Shown in pieces: positions 28,220 through 37,841 of a DNA stretch of 64,000 nt. The stretch covers positions 124,001-188,000 of IMG/VR virus record IMGVR_UViG_3300021964_000012. One strand, given 5' to 3'. The notes beneath the pieces were generated by a model. That model saw only the letters and a list, made by a program, of their open reading frames with translations, had not been told where the DNA came from and did not search any database. Position numbers and translations under genes: made by a program. The first letter of the stretch is position 1, and every line of letters begins with the position of its first letter.

Positions 28220-28508
28220 TTAATGCCTCCAAATTTACCTTAATTAAATCATCGTAGGTCCAGTTCACAGGTGCGGCCCCACCAAAACTGCCTGTTTTAA
28301 TTCCTTTGCTGAAACTCACACCACGCCATTCACGTTGTTCACGACGTAGTTCTTTGTGTAAAAATTCAGGCTTTACACCATGACGTTTGGTCATGTCATA
28401 CATTGCCAAGTGTTTACCGTACTTCATTGCCAGCATGCTTGCTTCAGCTTCGGTCATACTAACACAATCGTTTTTACCACATATAGTTACACTATAAACA
28501 CGTTTCAT
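28212..28508 (-). CDS. hypothetical protein
   Basis: 98-aa ORF in a coupled operon. Confidence 0.5.
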   Translation of the reverse strand: MKRVYSVTICGKNDCVSMTEAEASMLAMKYGKHLAMYDMTKRHGVKPEFLHKELRREQREWRGVSFSKGIKTGSFGGAAPVNWTYDDLIKVNLEALNG

Positions 28509-28684
28509 AACTTACTCTCTATTTCTTTCTTTCGGTTGGTAATATACTTGAGAATTGTTTCTAATTCTTTCTCATCGATGTTCCAACGAGCTTTTGTATC
28601 TACAACTTTTAAAACTGCTTCTTCATATCGAAGACAGGCAAACAAGGCAAGTTCGATTCCGTCTGGTTTGTTTGTGCTTGCCAC
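28505..28684 (-). CDS. small hypothetical protein (59 aa)
   Basis: GTG start after GAGG; fills the gap between coupled genes. Confidence 0.5.
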   Translation of the reverse strand: MASTNKPDGIELALFACLRYEEAVLKVVDTKARWNIDEKELETILKYITNRKKEIESKL

Positions 28685-29076
28685 TAGCCTCTCCTCATAC
28701 GTGCAATTTCTTTTGCATCATTTGAATCTTTGCGTACAGGCACCATGTTGCTCTTGTGCAACATACCTATACCTGCTAATTCATTACCAGTATAGACATT
28801 TTCTGTTTTCTTTGCAGTACTGCCAACTATGTTGTTACTGCATCTATAACTGCCTTGATGCTCTCTGTAATTTGGAATACTGAAGATACCTTTGCGATTG
28901 CCTTTAGCATCAGTTGGAAGTTTTGCCTTAAGTTGATCGGGAGCAATACCTCTAGAACGTAACCATTTATCATGTGCCATATCTGTTGCAATTTGCTTGG
29001 CGCTTTTTTGCTTTTTGGATTTTTTACGTGAATATTTTGTAGTGGTCATGTACGGACCAACTAAATGCATTGACAT
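28684..29076 (-). CDS. basic hypothetical phage protein
   Basis: 130-aa ORF, YTG...GIGMLHKSNMVPV motif; GGAGG RBS behind an early promoter. Confidence 0.65.
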   Translation of the reverse strand: MSMHLVGPYMTTTKYSRKKSKKQKSAKQIATDMAHDKWLRSRGIAPDQLKAKLPTDAKGNRKGIFSIPNYREHQGSYRCSNNIVGSTAKKTENVYTGNELAGIGMLHKSNMVPVRKDSNDAKEIARMRRG

Positions 29077-29102
29077 ACTACCTCCTGCTGTATTAATTGT
29101 TT

Positions 29103-29130
29103 ATTGTAACACACTAAACAACAATGTCAA
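29103..29130 (-). promoter_or_regulatory. sigma70-type early promoter
   Basis: TTGACA-16-(TGT)TACAAT. Confidence 0.65.
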
Positions 29131-29136
29131 CCACTA

Positions 29137-29472
29137 TTAGCCACGATCTAGTAGATCAATTTTGTTTGGAACATCTTTCCATTCGGCGGCGTCTGCAGGA
29201 CGCCGGCTTTCGTCTACTTCGGTGATTTCTACAAATGATGGCAACTTTGCAAGTTCTGCATTTAGATGAAGCCATGGATCGTTTGGTTCAATATCAGTGT
29301 CGGCCACAATAGCATCTACAGGACATTCTGGAACACATACTGCACAGTCTATGCACTCATCTGGGTCTATAACCATAAAGTTTGGACCAATTTTAAAACA
29401 GTCAACTGGACAAACAGTCACACAGTCTTGATGCAAACATTTAATGCAATTTTCAGTCACTACATAAGTCAT
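29137..29472 (-). CDS. fdxA: dicluster ferredoxin (FdxA type)
   Basis: CIKC...[11 protein letters not shown] and [16 protein letters not shown], with C-terminal extension. Confidence 0.92.
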   Translation of the reverse strand: MTYVVTENCIKCLHQDCVTVCPVDCFKIGPNFMVIDPDECIDCAVCVPECPVDAIVADTDIEPNDPWLHLNAELAKLPSFVEITEVDESRRPADAAEWKDVPNKIDLLDRG

Positions 29473-29909
29473 TAATCGTCCTTGTTAAGAGTATCCCACA
29501 TTTGTTTTTTTTCTAAGAGATTGCGTTCTAGCTCAATGTATTTTTGTCTAATATCTCTTAGCTCTTTGAATTCTGCTTCGAGTGCTATGTTTGGTTCAAG
29601 TATTGCCATGCGTTCTTGTAAACTGTGCAAAGTGTCTTTGAGACTGACGCCATTAATTTCTATATCAGCATCTTCGCCAGTTATTCTCATCTTCCCATCG
29701 ATGTCATGACTCATTGAAAATATATTGCTGGTTGCAATATCCTCTGATGCTGGTAATATATAAGGACTTGGGTGGTAGGTACATCCAACATCATAGTCAT
29801 ATTCTAGATCTTCAATTGCTTCATAATCAGATAAATCCCCTGATAACGTGTTGTTCTCAATATGTGTTACCAAACCATTAGCATCAATGGTAAGTTTTTC
29901 ACCGCTCAT
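29472..29909 (-). CDS. hypothetical protein with C-terminal coiled coil
   Basis: 145-aa ORF. Confidence 0.55.
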   Translation of the reverse strand: MSGEKLTIDANGLVTHIENNTLSGDLSDYEAIEDLEYDYDVGCTYHPSPYILPASEDIATSNIFSMSHDIDGKMRITGEDADIEINGVSLKDTLHSLQERMAILEPNIALEAEFKELRDIRQKYIELERNLLEKKQMWDTLNKDD

Positions 29910-30085
29910 TATATAGCGGCTTTTTCTTCTATGATTTCTTTACGGCGTTCTTTAACTGCTTTGCCTATTTCTTGAAGAGCGGCTCTTGCTCTGGTTGCGG
30001 CAGCCTTTACTTTCTTTTCAGTAAACTTTTTATTTTCTGCAATGTAGTTTTCCATTTGCTCTACTAGTGTATCGTGTGCTGACAT
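29909..30085 (-). CDS. histone H1-like (Hc1-like) small basic protein (58 aa)
   Basis: Manual translation ...ENKKFTEKKVKAAATRARAALQEIGKAVKERRKEI...; AGGAG RBS. Confidence 0.65.
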   Translation of the reverse strand: MSAHDTLVEQMENYIAENKKFTEKKVKAAATRARAALQEIGKAVKERRKEIIEEKAAI

Positions 30086-30107
30086 TGAAATCTCCTAAAG
30101 TAGTCAG

Positions 30108-30389
30108 TTAGTGTAAAATCACGTTCTTTGGAATTGATAGATGACTATCGTCAATTTTTTCAAAACCCATTTGTTCAATTTGATCATAAAAGTTATCTGG
30201 TAATTCAAATACTTTATCATCTTGTTCAATTGCTTTTTCTTGTTCAACGCCAAGCAAACGCATTAGACCTCCGACGTGAACATGTCGAACTCCGTTATCA
30301 AACAAAGTAGCACAAATTGCAATAACAAGTCCAGCTATCGCATCATTGTCACCAAACATTGAGTCTATTTCTGCTTTGCTCTTAAACAT
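30108..30389 (-). CDS. hypothetical protein, likely leaderless
   Basis: ATG at 30389 lies 5 nt after ATAAGTA. Confidence 0.55.
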   Translation of the reverse strand: MFKSKAEIDSMFGDNDAIAGLVIAICATLFDNGVRHVHVGGLMRLLGVEQEKAIEQDDKVFELPDNFYDQIEQMGFEKIDDSHLSIPKNVILH

Positions 30390-30425
30390 GCTCTTACTTA
30401 TATGCAAATGCACGATATTGATAAT

Positions 30426-30809
30426 TTACCAGCTCAATCCAAAAGTTTCAAAACCACCAAAAGGCAAACTAGCTATCCAAGCAATTGAGAGTAAGATCAT
30501 TTTAATGGGCCACCAAAATATATAAAACATGCTACCCCACCAACTCATGGTATCACTTACACTCCAAATCAATGTACCAACAAACACCCAAACTCCTATT
30601 AGTGCTAGGATCCATACTGCATCACTTTCAGTTTCACCTCCTGATGAGTACGAAACTGATTGATTATTTTGTTGCTCCCGCATCATCTGCATCTGTTCTT
30701 GATGTATCTTTTCGTTGCTTTGTCTAAGTCTACAGGCGGAACACAATCCACTGCTGTCAGCTGAATGAGTATTACATCCGTAGCAATAACTGTTTCCGCC
30801 TAGTGCCAT
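30426..30809 (-). CDS. membrane protein with N-terminal CxxC..CxxC
   Basis: CYGC/CSAC plus two hydrophobic segments. Confidence 0.5.
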   Translation of the reverse strand: MALGGNSYCYGCNTHSADSSGLCSACRLRQSNEKIHQEQMQMMREQQNNQSVSYSSGGETESDAVWILALIGVWVFVGTLIWSVSDTMSWWGSMFYIFWWPIKMILLSIAWIASLPFGGFETFGLSW

Positions 30810-31201
30810 TAGTCAATCTCCAACTCTGTTGTGTTAACATCTACAAATCCTGCTTGTTCAAGTATAGCAGTTGGTGTAATAGAATTATCTACCTTACGTG
30901 AACGTATTTCAGCAATAGAAATAGGTTTCTTATACTCGCCACGTTTGGCTTCTTTATTCTTTTCATATAATTTTTCTGTGATAGCATAACCTGCATCAAA
31001 ATCTTTTTTACCCCAATTCAAACTTTCTAAATGCTTTAGTGCTTCTAGTTTTGTCATAGGTTCTGGAAGTTCGATAAGATTGATGTTTTCACAATTGTTC
31101 TTGATCAATATCTTTGTTCTACTCACAATGTCATTGGCAAACCTAACTTTTGTTATGCCATGTTGCGATGCAGTCCCTGCGACTGTGAATTTCTTTTCCA
31201 T
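30809..31201 (-). CDS. hypothetical phage protein
   Basis: FTVAGTAS..G.TKVRFAND motif, 130 aa. Confidence 0.55.
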   Translation of the reverse strand: MEKKFTVAGTASQHGITKVRFANDIVSRTKILIKNNCENINLIELPEPMTKLEALKHLESLNWGKKDFDAGYAITEKLYEKNKEAKRGEYKKPISIAEIRSRKVDNSITPTAILEQAGFVDVNTTELEID

Positions 31202-31203
31202 TT

Positions 31204-31875
31204 TTATAGTACCTTTACTCTGTTAATTGTTGTAGTATCATTCGTGTGCTTTGTAACAGTGCCACGAACTTTCACTGCATCCCCTATTTCAAGTTTATCT
31301 CTGTAGTAGAAACTGGTCTTGTAACCATCTTTTGTAATAGCATTATAACGGAATGTACCCCAATCTGTCAACCAAAATCTACTGACTGGTTTGAGTTCAA
31401 CATCAATTCTTTCTTTGATATTACCATATGTTCCATACACATAATCTTTGGTTAGTTGTTCTTCTTTTATTGCACGTTCATACTGGACAATCTGTGAATT
31501 CACAATACCAATAAGCATTCTATCCTGTGGCACAACAAACTCGTCGAGTTCAACTGCACGGCTTAAACTTTGCTGAAAATCTGATAATTTTCTTGTTATA
31601 GCAGTTACCATTAATCTACTGCTTATAAACTTTCTTACTTCTGCTCCTTTGCATCTATCTTCTACAGAGATCTTACCGCCAAGTGCAAGTGCATTTCTTG
31701 CCACAGTTCTGTTAGCTTCGCGAACACATTCACCATTGGCATTGAACTCGTCTTCTTTATAATAACCCTTGTTAATTCTTTGAGCATAAACTGCCGCGGC
31801 CCAAATGTCATAAGCAGTGTGTACTACCTTTTGTGCGTCTTTCATTTTTCCAACCTTGAAACTATACATCTTCAT
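31204..31875 (-). CDS. hypothetical protein with C-terminal OB-fold-like region
   Basis: GD.VKVRGTVTKH...TTINRVK ending. Confidence 0.55.
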   Translation of the reverse strand: MKMYSFKVGKMKDAQKVVHTAYDIWAAAVYAQRINKGYYKEDEFNANGECVREANRTVARNALALGGKISVEDRCKGAEVRKFISSRLMVTAITRKLSDFQQSLSRAVELDEFVVPQDRMLIGIVNSQIVQYERAIKEEQLTKDYVYGTYGNIKERIDVELKPVSRFWLTDWGTFRYNAITKDGYKTSFYYRDKLEIGDAVKVRGTVTKHTNDTTTINRVKVL

Positions 31876-32059
31876 CCCCTAAAAATCTTGCTTCAATACC
31901 CTTAATGTGCTTGCACATTCTATAGGCAGGACATGAACATTCCCAACCTCTATCCAGTAGAGTTACAGTATATTGATCACCTTTACTGCCCACAACTGGC
32001 CATTCAACACCAACGGCCCAATGCCCTTTTGTTACCATGTTTTCTGTTGGATGTGCCAT
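31862..32059 (-). CDS. SWIM zinc-finger protein
   Basis: GSKGDQYTV...WECSCP....CKHI. Confidence 0.75.
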   Translation of the reverse strand: MAHPTENMVTKGHWAVGVEWPVVGSKGDQYTVTLLDRGWECSCPAYRMCKHIKGIEARFLGDEDV

Positions 32060-32427
32060 TAGGCTGCCAACCAGTTTGTTGTTAACTTGTCCTCATCAAC
32101 TTCCAACCAACCAATGCTATCACAAAACCATGCACCGTCATTGGCAACAAGTATATCACCAACACTAACAGTTGTCATCTTAGGAGCAATTCTTTCAATA
32201 CGGTCCTTCTGGTAAGTTCCACTTACTTCAAATGCATGGTCAATATCATCAGCAACAATGTTACCAACATGTGTGTAACAACCATTTGCAAGACCAATTT
32301 TTGGCTTACCGTTACGGCTTTCGATATAACTCTTAGCCTTAACATGACAATCCCAACCTTCTTTGTTGATAAGATCGGATAAATCTTTGTCTATAACGAT
32401 TTGAAAAACTTTGATTAACTGTGCCAT
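32059..32427 (-). CDS. early protein, YodL-like
   Basis: VSVGDILV...WFCDSIGW; first gene behind the early cassette. Confidence 0.55.
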   Translation of the reverse strand: MAQLIKVFQIVIDKDLSDLINKEGWDCHVKAKSYIESRNGKPKIGLANGCYTHVGNIVADDIDHAFEVSGTYQKDRIERIAPKMTTVSVGDILVANDGAWFCDSIGWLEVDEDKLTTNWLAA

Positions 32428-32433
32428 TTAGCA

Positions 32434-32492
32434 TCTCCTTGTTTCTAACTGTATATACAGCTTAACACAAAATGCTCTAAAGTCAACCTTTT
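32434..32492 (-). promoter_or_regulatory. early promoter/leader cassette
   Basis: AAAAGGTTGACT-16-TAAGCT-GTATATACAGTTAGAAACAAGGAGA. Confidence 0.65.
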
Positions 32493-34372
32493 TCTAGAAA
32501 AAGAGTTGTTTTTTCTGTGGAATATTCTACACGAGCCTGCCATTTTTTGTTTTTACGTGTACTGTTCATCCACTGTGGCCAGGTCACAACCAAGCCTTTT
32601 GCTGGATATGCTCTGTGTATTCGATAGTCAGTAGGGCGAATATTGAGGTCTTCTTTACCAAGTGCATATTCAAACACGTTGGCTCCTAGTGTTATTTCTG
32701 TCACTGGCTCATGTGCAAATATAGTTTGCTGCCGTTCTTGTATGTACATTAAATCTAAGATTAGTTTATCATCTGGAGCAAAGTGTTGTGCTACTGTAAG
32801 TATATCTTGGAAAGTTTGTGAACGATTGGTTATTCCTAGATCTTCAATTACAGGTGCATAGGTTAAACCTGCTAAGAACATATTGAATTCTAAGCGATCA
32901 GCATAACCTTGCCATTTTGTCAGCCATTTGTGTGCCGCACAATCTTTGTTTTCTAATCCCCAGTCTAACATATACTCATAAAACTTTTCAAATGGTACGC
33001 CGTGACGTTTGTTTAGATATCGTGTAATAATCTGTGTAAAACCATTGGCATCCATCATTGAAGTGTACCAAGTCCATAACCATAGTTTCTTCATTTGTTC
33101 TGCAGGCAAATCTTTTGTGCCTGTGAGTGTTTCTTGATATTCATCTACTATATTAGAAAAATAACTTTTAAGGGTGGTTTGTGTAATACCGTGTTTTTTC
33201 TTGTATTCAGGTTCATTCATCTCTGAGTTTTCAAGAATAGTCACAGGATATGCTTCTACAATAATATCTCTGCTCAACAGATCACACAAGCCTGTAGTCC
33301 ATGACTTCCAGGTTTCTCCGGGCAAGCCAATTATTAATTCTGTGTTTATGCTTAACCCTTCTTTGTGAGCAGTGTCTGCTACTTTCTGCATGGCTTCTTC
33401 TTTGAGATTTACACGTTTAATATGCTTCAGAACTTCTGGATTGGTACTTTGCAACGCCATAGTAAAACGTCGCATCATATCGGCTTCCATCAGTTTAACT
33501 GCCATGTCGACCAACTGCACTGTGGCATTTTTACTCCAGTTGGTATCAAACAACACTGGAAATCCATACTTCTTTTTTGTGCGAATAAGCATATCTGTGA
33601 TTTCCATATCTCTATCTTTGAATATACCAAAATTAGCATCTGTGTTTGTTATTAGTTCTAGTTTGTTTCGGCCTATCCATTCTAGTTCAGCTTCAATGCG
33701 TTCTAGGTTAAACTTCTTTACTTTAGAAAAGGTTGTACCTCCCCAGTCACAGAAGGTACACATAAACGGACAACCTCTGTTGGTTTCCAATACTGCATTC
33801 CAAATTTTACCTGGATACATGTCAGGCAAATGATCAAACAGTCCCATCAGATAAGGCGATGGTACTGCTGACAAATCCATTATACGTTGACTTGGACCTG
33901 TTAACACTGTCTTGCCGTTACGGTTGATGCTGATACCAGGCACCATTTCTTCGTCTTGTTTGCCGACAAAACTTTGCAACAATCCAGTAAAACTTATTTC
34001 ACCTTCTTGGTGTATGAGATAATCAATATAGGGTTTGTCTGCAAAAAAGTTTTCTGACTTGTTTGGTGTTTCTGCGCCACCAATAATTATTTTACATTCT
34101 GGATAACGAGCCTTTACGGCTTTAGCCAAAGCCTGATTGTAACTTACGTTCCATACGTAACTGCTTAGTCCAACAACCGCAGGGTCAACCATCTTATCCA
34201 CCAGCATGTCGATTGGCTCTTTTACACTGTACAAACCTGCAAGACAATAGTTGTCAAGTATATGAGGTTGTGTAGTTGCATAGGCCCAAACAACACCAAC
34301 ACTATATGGAAAGTAATAATAGTTGCTACCTGGCAACTCCAGACTCATTTGTGCCATGTAAACATTCTTCAT
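32483..34372 (-). CDS. cobalamin-binding radical SAM enzyme
   Basis: N-terminal B12-binding domain (VGLSSYVWN, IIGG), ETNRGCPFMCTFC, ELIIGLPGET; ATG at 34372 lies 5 nt after ATAAGTA. Confidence 0.88.
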   Translation of the reverse strand: MKNVYMAQMSLELPGSNYYYFPYSVGVVWAYATTQPHILDNYCLAGLYSVKEPIDMLVDKMVDPAVVGLSSYVWNVSYNQALAKAVKARYPECKIIIGGAETPNKSENFFADKPYIDYLIHQEGEISFTGLLQSFVGKQDEEMVPGISINRNGKTVLTGPSQRIMDLSAVPSPYLMGLFDHLPDMYPGKIWNAVLETNRGCPFMCTFCDWGGTTFSKVKKFNLERIEAELEWIGRNKLELITNTDANFGIFKDRDMEITDMLIRTKKKYGFPVLFDTNWSKNATVQLVDMAVKLMEADMMRRFTMALQSTNPEVLKHIKRVNLKEEAMQKVADTAHKEGLSINTELIIGLPGETWKSWTTGLCDLLSRDIIVEAYPVTILENSEMNEPEYKKKHGITQTTLKSYFSNIVDEYQETLTGTKDLPAEQMKKLWLWTWYTSMMDANGFTQIITRYLNKRHGVPFEKFYEYMLDWGLENKDCAAHKWLTKWQGYADRLEFNMFLAGLTYAPVIEDLGITNRSQTFQDILTVAQHFAPDDKLILDLMYIQERQQTIFAHEPVTEITLGANVFEYALGKEDLNIRPTDYRIHRAYPAKGLVVTWPQWMNSTRKNKKWQARVEYSTEKTTLFLEKG

Positions 34373-34406
34373 ATTCATACTTATGTTAATTTATTTTATT
34401 CAAAAG

Positions 34407-34433
34407 AAAAGCCACCCTAGGGTGGCTTTTTTT
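34407..34433. terminator. bidirectional intrinsic terminator
   Basis: AAAAGCCACCC-TA-GGGTGGCTTTTTTT. Confidence 0.85.
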
Positions 34434-34450
34434 GTGCTCTAAAGATATAA

Positions 34451-34711
34451 TTAAGCAGTTCTTGATGCTAAAGCTCTGTAACCAGCGGCAATAACTTCTC
34501 TAGGTGCTTTTGTGCCCATTGTATAAACCTTGGACTTGTTGCCTTTTCTACCTACAGTGTTTAAGAACACTGGGTAACCAGCAAATTTAATTGCTTGAAT
34601 AGCAGCACCAGGATTTGATACGTTGAATTTTGACTTGATGTCAGCTGATGTTAATCTCTCACCTGACTGTAGGGCTTCAAGGATTGCACCTTGTTTACTG
34701 TTAGTTCTCAT
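34451..34711 (-). CDS. small winged-HTH-like protein
   Basis: ILEALQSGERLT..I..F.VSNP...; 86 aa behind a sigma70 promoter. Confidence 0.55.
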   Translation of the reverse strand: MRTNSKQGAILEALQSGERLTSADIKSKFNVSNPGAAIQAIKFAGYPVFLNTVGRKGNKSKVYTMGTKAPREVIAAGYRALASRTA

Positions 34712-34771
34712 TTAGATTTACTCCGTATATCTAGTTTAAATTGTTGTCGGCCTTTCCAACAACATGTACAC

Positions 34772-34799
34772 AGTATAGCACCTATCTAGAAGAAGTCAA
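34772..34799 (-). promoter_or_regulatory. sigma70-type early promoter
   Basis: TTGACT-16-(TGC)TATACT. Confidence 0.6.
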
Positions 34800-35300
34800 C
34801 TATTTGTTAGCCTTTTTGTAGTTTTTGGTACGATAAAACAAATGATCGTCGATTCGGGCTACATAGTTAAAGTCATGTCTCCACTTAGGACGTACATTTT
34901 GTGCATGATACCACATGCTACCTTCACTGATATCTGTACCTAGGTTCCACAGGGTATAGGCATCTTTTGCAACTACGAGAGCATTTCTCCATGTGGTTGG
35001 TTCTTTGGGCTCATCTGATAAACCATCACAGTACCATGAGAACTGACACTTGTTCTTAAGCATCACAGTTTTACCATGTTCTTTTTTCCACCATCTGGAA
35101 GTTAGTCCTTGTTCAACAACTCCACAAATTGTGTCAGGATATCTTTTACTTTTAACTCTGTTCAACACCACATGCGATACTGCAATCTGTCCTGCAGTGC
35201 TTTGGTTACGTGCTTCAAAGTAGATATTTTTAGCAAGACAACTCCATTCTGCTGGTGATGCAAATAAAAATTGTAATGTTAATAATGTTTCTTTAATCAT
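34800..35300 (-). CDS. cell-wall hydrolase (SleB/Hydrolase_2 family)
   Basis: CLAKNIYFEAR..GQIAVSHVVLNRV..YP.TICGVV, CQFSW, IDDHLFY. Confidence 0.9.
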   Translation of the reverse strand: MIKETLLTLQFLFASPAEWSCLAKNIYFEARNQSTAGQIAVSHVVLNRVKSKRYPDTICGVVEQGLTSRWWKKEHGKTVMLKNKCQFSWYCDGLSDEPKEPTTWRNALVVAKDAYTLWNLGTDISEGSMWYHAQNVRPKWRHDFNYVARIDDHLFYRTKNYKKANK

Positions 35301-35336
35301 AATGTTCTCCGCTTAGATAATATATATTTAAAGATA

Positions 35337-35642
35337 TTATGCCGCAACCTTTCCTGTAATCAATGACTTATCTAACTTAACCTGTGTGCTACCAATTGAA
35401 GCACCAGTGTTTTGAAATACCAACACGGTTCTTGGATTAACTTTGTAAACCTTACCAAACTTTTTAATACCACCGTATGTCCACTCGATGGTATCACCAA
35501 TTTTAACCGCAAACTTGTTAGCTTTCATTTTACCTAAGAAAGTAATGTGTCTGTTATACTCACTTGCCAATACGTGCATGTCAGAAGTATCTGTAATTTT
35601 TCTCATTGCTTCTAATGCTAATTCTAATTCTTTTGAGTACAT
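35337..35642 (-). CDS. hypothetical early protein (SH3-like C-terminus)
   Basis: KIGDTIEW...GKVYKVNPRTV; first gene behind the early cassette. Confidence 0.6.
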   Translation of the reverse strand: MYSKELELALEAMRKITDTSDMHVLASEYNRHITFLGKMKANKFAVKIGDTIEWTYGGIKKFGKVYKVNPRTVLVFQNTGASIGSTQVKLDKSLITGKVAA

Positions 35643-35649
35643 AAACTAT

Positions 35650-35708
35650 CTCCCTGTTTCTAAGTATACATATATAATAACACACTATACGTCGTTGTCA
35701 ACCTTTTT
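35650..35708 (-). promoter_or_regulatory. early promoter/leader cassette
   Basis: AAAAAGGTTGACA-16-TATTAT-ATATGTATACTTAGAAACAGGGAGA. Confidence 0.75.
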
Positions 35709-35761
35709 CTGTGTTTTGGTTTATTTGTATGGTATTAAATGTTTAGATAATTACTAATATC

Positions 35762-37315
35762 ATGCGAATATTAGTACTAGGAAATAACACAAAAGATACT
35801 GACGATCAAGTCAAAGAGCTTGCAGAGAAGGCTGGTACATATAATCACGGGCTCGTTGAAACAACAGATCAAGATTTCTCACAACACGGATATTACCACA
35901 CCACATTAATAGATTTATCACCTGGTGAAATAATGAAATTTGTACACCAGTTTGATGAAGTGATGGTGTTAGATCAACCAGCAAGGAGTTGGGATAGTCA
36001 AAAGCCAAGACTTAGCACCTATAAGTTGATCACTTCCCTAGAAAGACAGAGCAATAGACTAGGTCTTAAAGTTAGCGGTACTGATAATGACAGTTTTGTT
36101 GATATGAAGTATTGGACAGATTTGTTCAAATCAAATCGAAGTTTTTGTGCTTATCCATGGATAGTACATAGTCAAGACAAGGTTGATGCTAATAAATTAA
36201 ATCTTTGTGCTCGAAGTTCGCACGAAGTCACTTCATTAAAAGATCTTGGCAACTGGCAAACAAATCCTGCCTTTACAAAAATTAGAGAAAAAATGAAACG
36301 TGGCGAAAAACTTCCAGGCACATGTCGTGTATGTTACAAATACGAAGATCGTGGATTAACAGGATATAGAACACACGACAGCCTAGACTGGATTGCACGT
36401 TTAGGACTAAAAAATATTAAAGATTTTGACAAGATAGATAGTCCGTATTATTATGAGCTTAGACTTAGTAACCGATGCAACCTAATGTGTCGAATGTGTA
36501 CACCTCAACACAGTCATCTACTAAAGCAGGAGTTTGAAGAAAATCCTGGTTTGGTCAATAGTGGCCAGATGGACGATCCAACCCAAAGTTGGACAGATAC
36601 CGGTGTAGTTGACATAGAAAAATTAACATCTAAACATAAAGTTTACCTAACCGGCGGTGAGCCAATTATTATGCATGAAGTCTATGCATTCATGCGACAA
36701 TGCATAGACTTAAGAAAAACTGATTTTCTTTTTACCCTTGGAACAAATGCTCAACGATTAAATCCATTGTTCTTAAATCTTGCTAGTAAATTTAGCAATA
36801 TGCACTTCAGTGTAAGTATTGATGGTTATGGAAAAGTAAATGATTATATAAGATGGAAAAGTGATTTTGATACCATAATTAAAAATTGTCATATTCTAAT
36901 CAATCAAGGACACCAAATAACATGGAATCATGTTCCAACCATATGGGGAGTACATCGAACACACGAATTGTTTGAATACGTCAGCGAACATTTTCCTAAG
37001 GTTCCTCTCTATTTACAATACAATCGTGTTGAAATTACCAGTGCATTTAAAAGTCCGCTCATTGAGGAGACAATCGAAAGCATGGAACGATGTAAAAAAA
37101 CAATATTGTACACTAGTGACGGCAAAGACTGTACCAGTGGAATTGATGCTTTTTATGATCACTATAGTAGATATAAAGTTAACAAAGATGATTTAAAAAA
37201 GTTTTTTACATGGAATGATTTAATGGACAAAGCCAGAAATATATCAATGGCAGATTATATCCCAGAGCTAGACAGATGCAGAACAATGCTAGAGGTGAAC
37301 CAGAATGCAATTTGA
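35762..37315 (+). CDS. radical SAM protein with SPASM/twitch-like domain
   Basis: CNLMCRMC, GGEP, FCAYPW, CRVC, SIDG. Confidence 0.85.
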   Translation: MRILVLGNNTKDTDDQVKELAEKAGTYNHGLVETTDQDFSQHGYYHTTLIDLSPGEIMKFVHQFDEVMVLDQPARSWDSQKPRLSTYKLITSLERQSNRLGLKVSGTDNDSFVDMKYWTDLFKSNRSFCAYPWIVHSQDKVDANKLNLCARSSHEVTSLKDLGNWQTNPAFTKIREKMKRGEKLPGTCRVCYKYEDRGLTGYRTHDSLDWIARLGLKNIKDFDKIDSPYYYELRLSNRCNLMCRMCTPQHSHLLKQEFEENPGLVNSGQMDDPTQSWTDTGVVDIEKLTSKHKVYLTGGEPIIMHEVYAFMRQCIDLRKTDFLFTLGTNAQRLNPLFLNLASKFSNMHFSVSIDGYGKVNDYIRWKSDFDTIIKNCHILINQGHQITWNHVPTIWGVHRTHELFEYVSEHFPKVPLYLQYNRVEITSAFKSPLIEETIESMERCKKTILYTSDGKDCTSGIDAFYDHYSRYKVNKDDLKKFFTWNDLMDKARNISMADYIPELDRCRTMLEVNQNAI

Positions 37316-37841
37316 ATTTTTTACAGGCGTTCCTGGCAGTCGCTGGAGCGGAATAGCAGGTGAGATAAAACTAGCACCTGAATATGACACATCAGACCGT
37401 GCACCACACAGAGTGTATACACACCATGAATTCGCAGGACACAAAGAAGCATATTTTGGTACAGGTATGGAGTTTTCGTGCAACCTTGACAAAGAGAATC
37501 TTGCGGCTCCATTTGCAAAAAACACAACTACATTGACCAAATTGCTAATGTCTCACGAATGGCCATACTATTTTGATGAAATTGTAGAGCAGTACCCTGA
37601 CGCACCAATTACACTTGTATATCGTAACAACGAAGCCTCAATGGACTGGTGGCTTGAAGCAGGTGGATTCAACATTACCTATCCCAACTACGAATTCTAC
37701 TGTGATACCACTGGCATGTGGGAACAAATAGAAAAACAGAACAAACTAATACTTGACTTTGGACAGAAACACATGCTACAATGGAAACAACATCACACTC
37801 ACAGTGATATTTTTATTGCAACTTATCGAGGTAAACCATGA
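37305..37841 (+). CDS. hypothetical protein, possibly sulfotransferase/P-loop-like
   Basis: N-terminal TGVPGSRWSG; GAGG RBS. Confidence 0.55.
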   Translation: MQFEFFTGVPGSRWSGIAGEIKLAPEYDTSDRAPHRVYTHHEFAGHKEAYFGTGMEFSCNLDKENLAAPFAKNTTTLTKLLMSHEWPYYFDEIVEQYPDAPITLVYRNNEASMDWWLEAGGFNITYPNYEFYCDTTGMWEQIEKQNKLILDFGQKHMLQWKQHHTHSDIFIATYRGKP

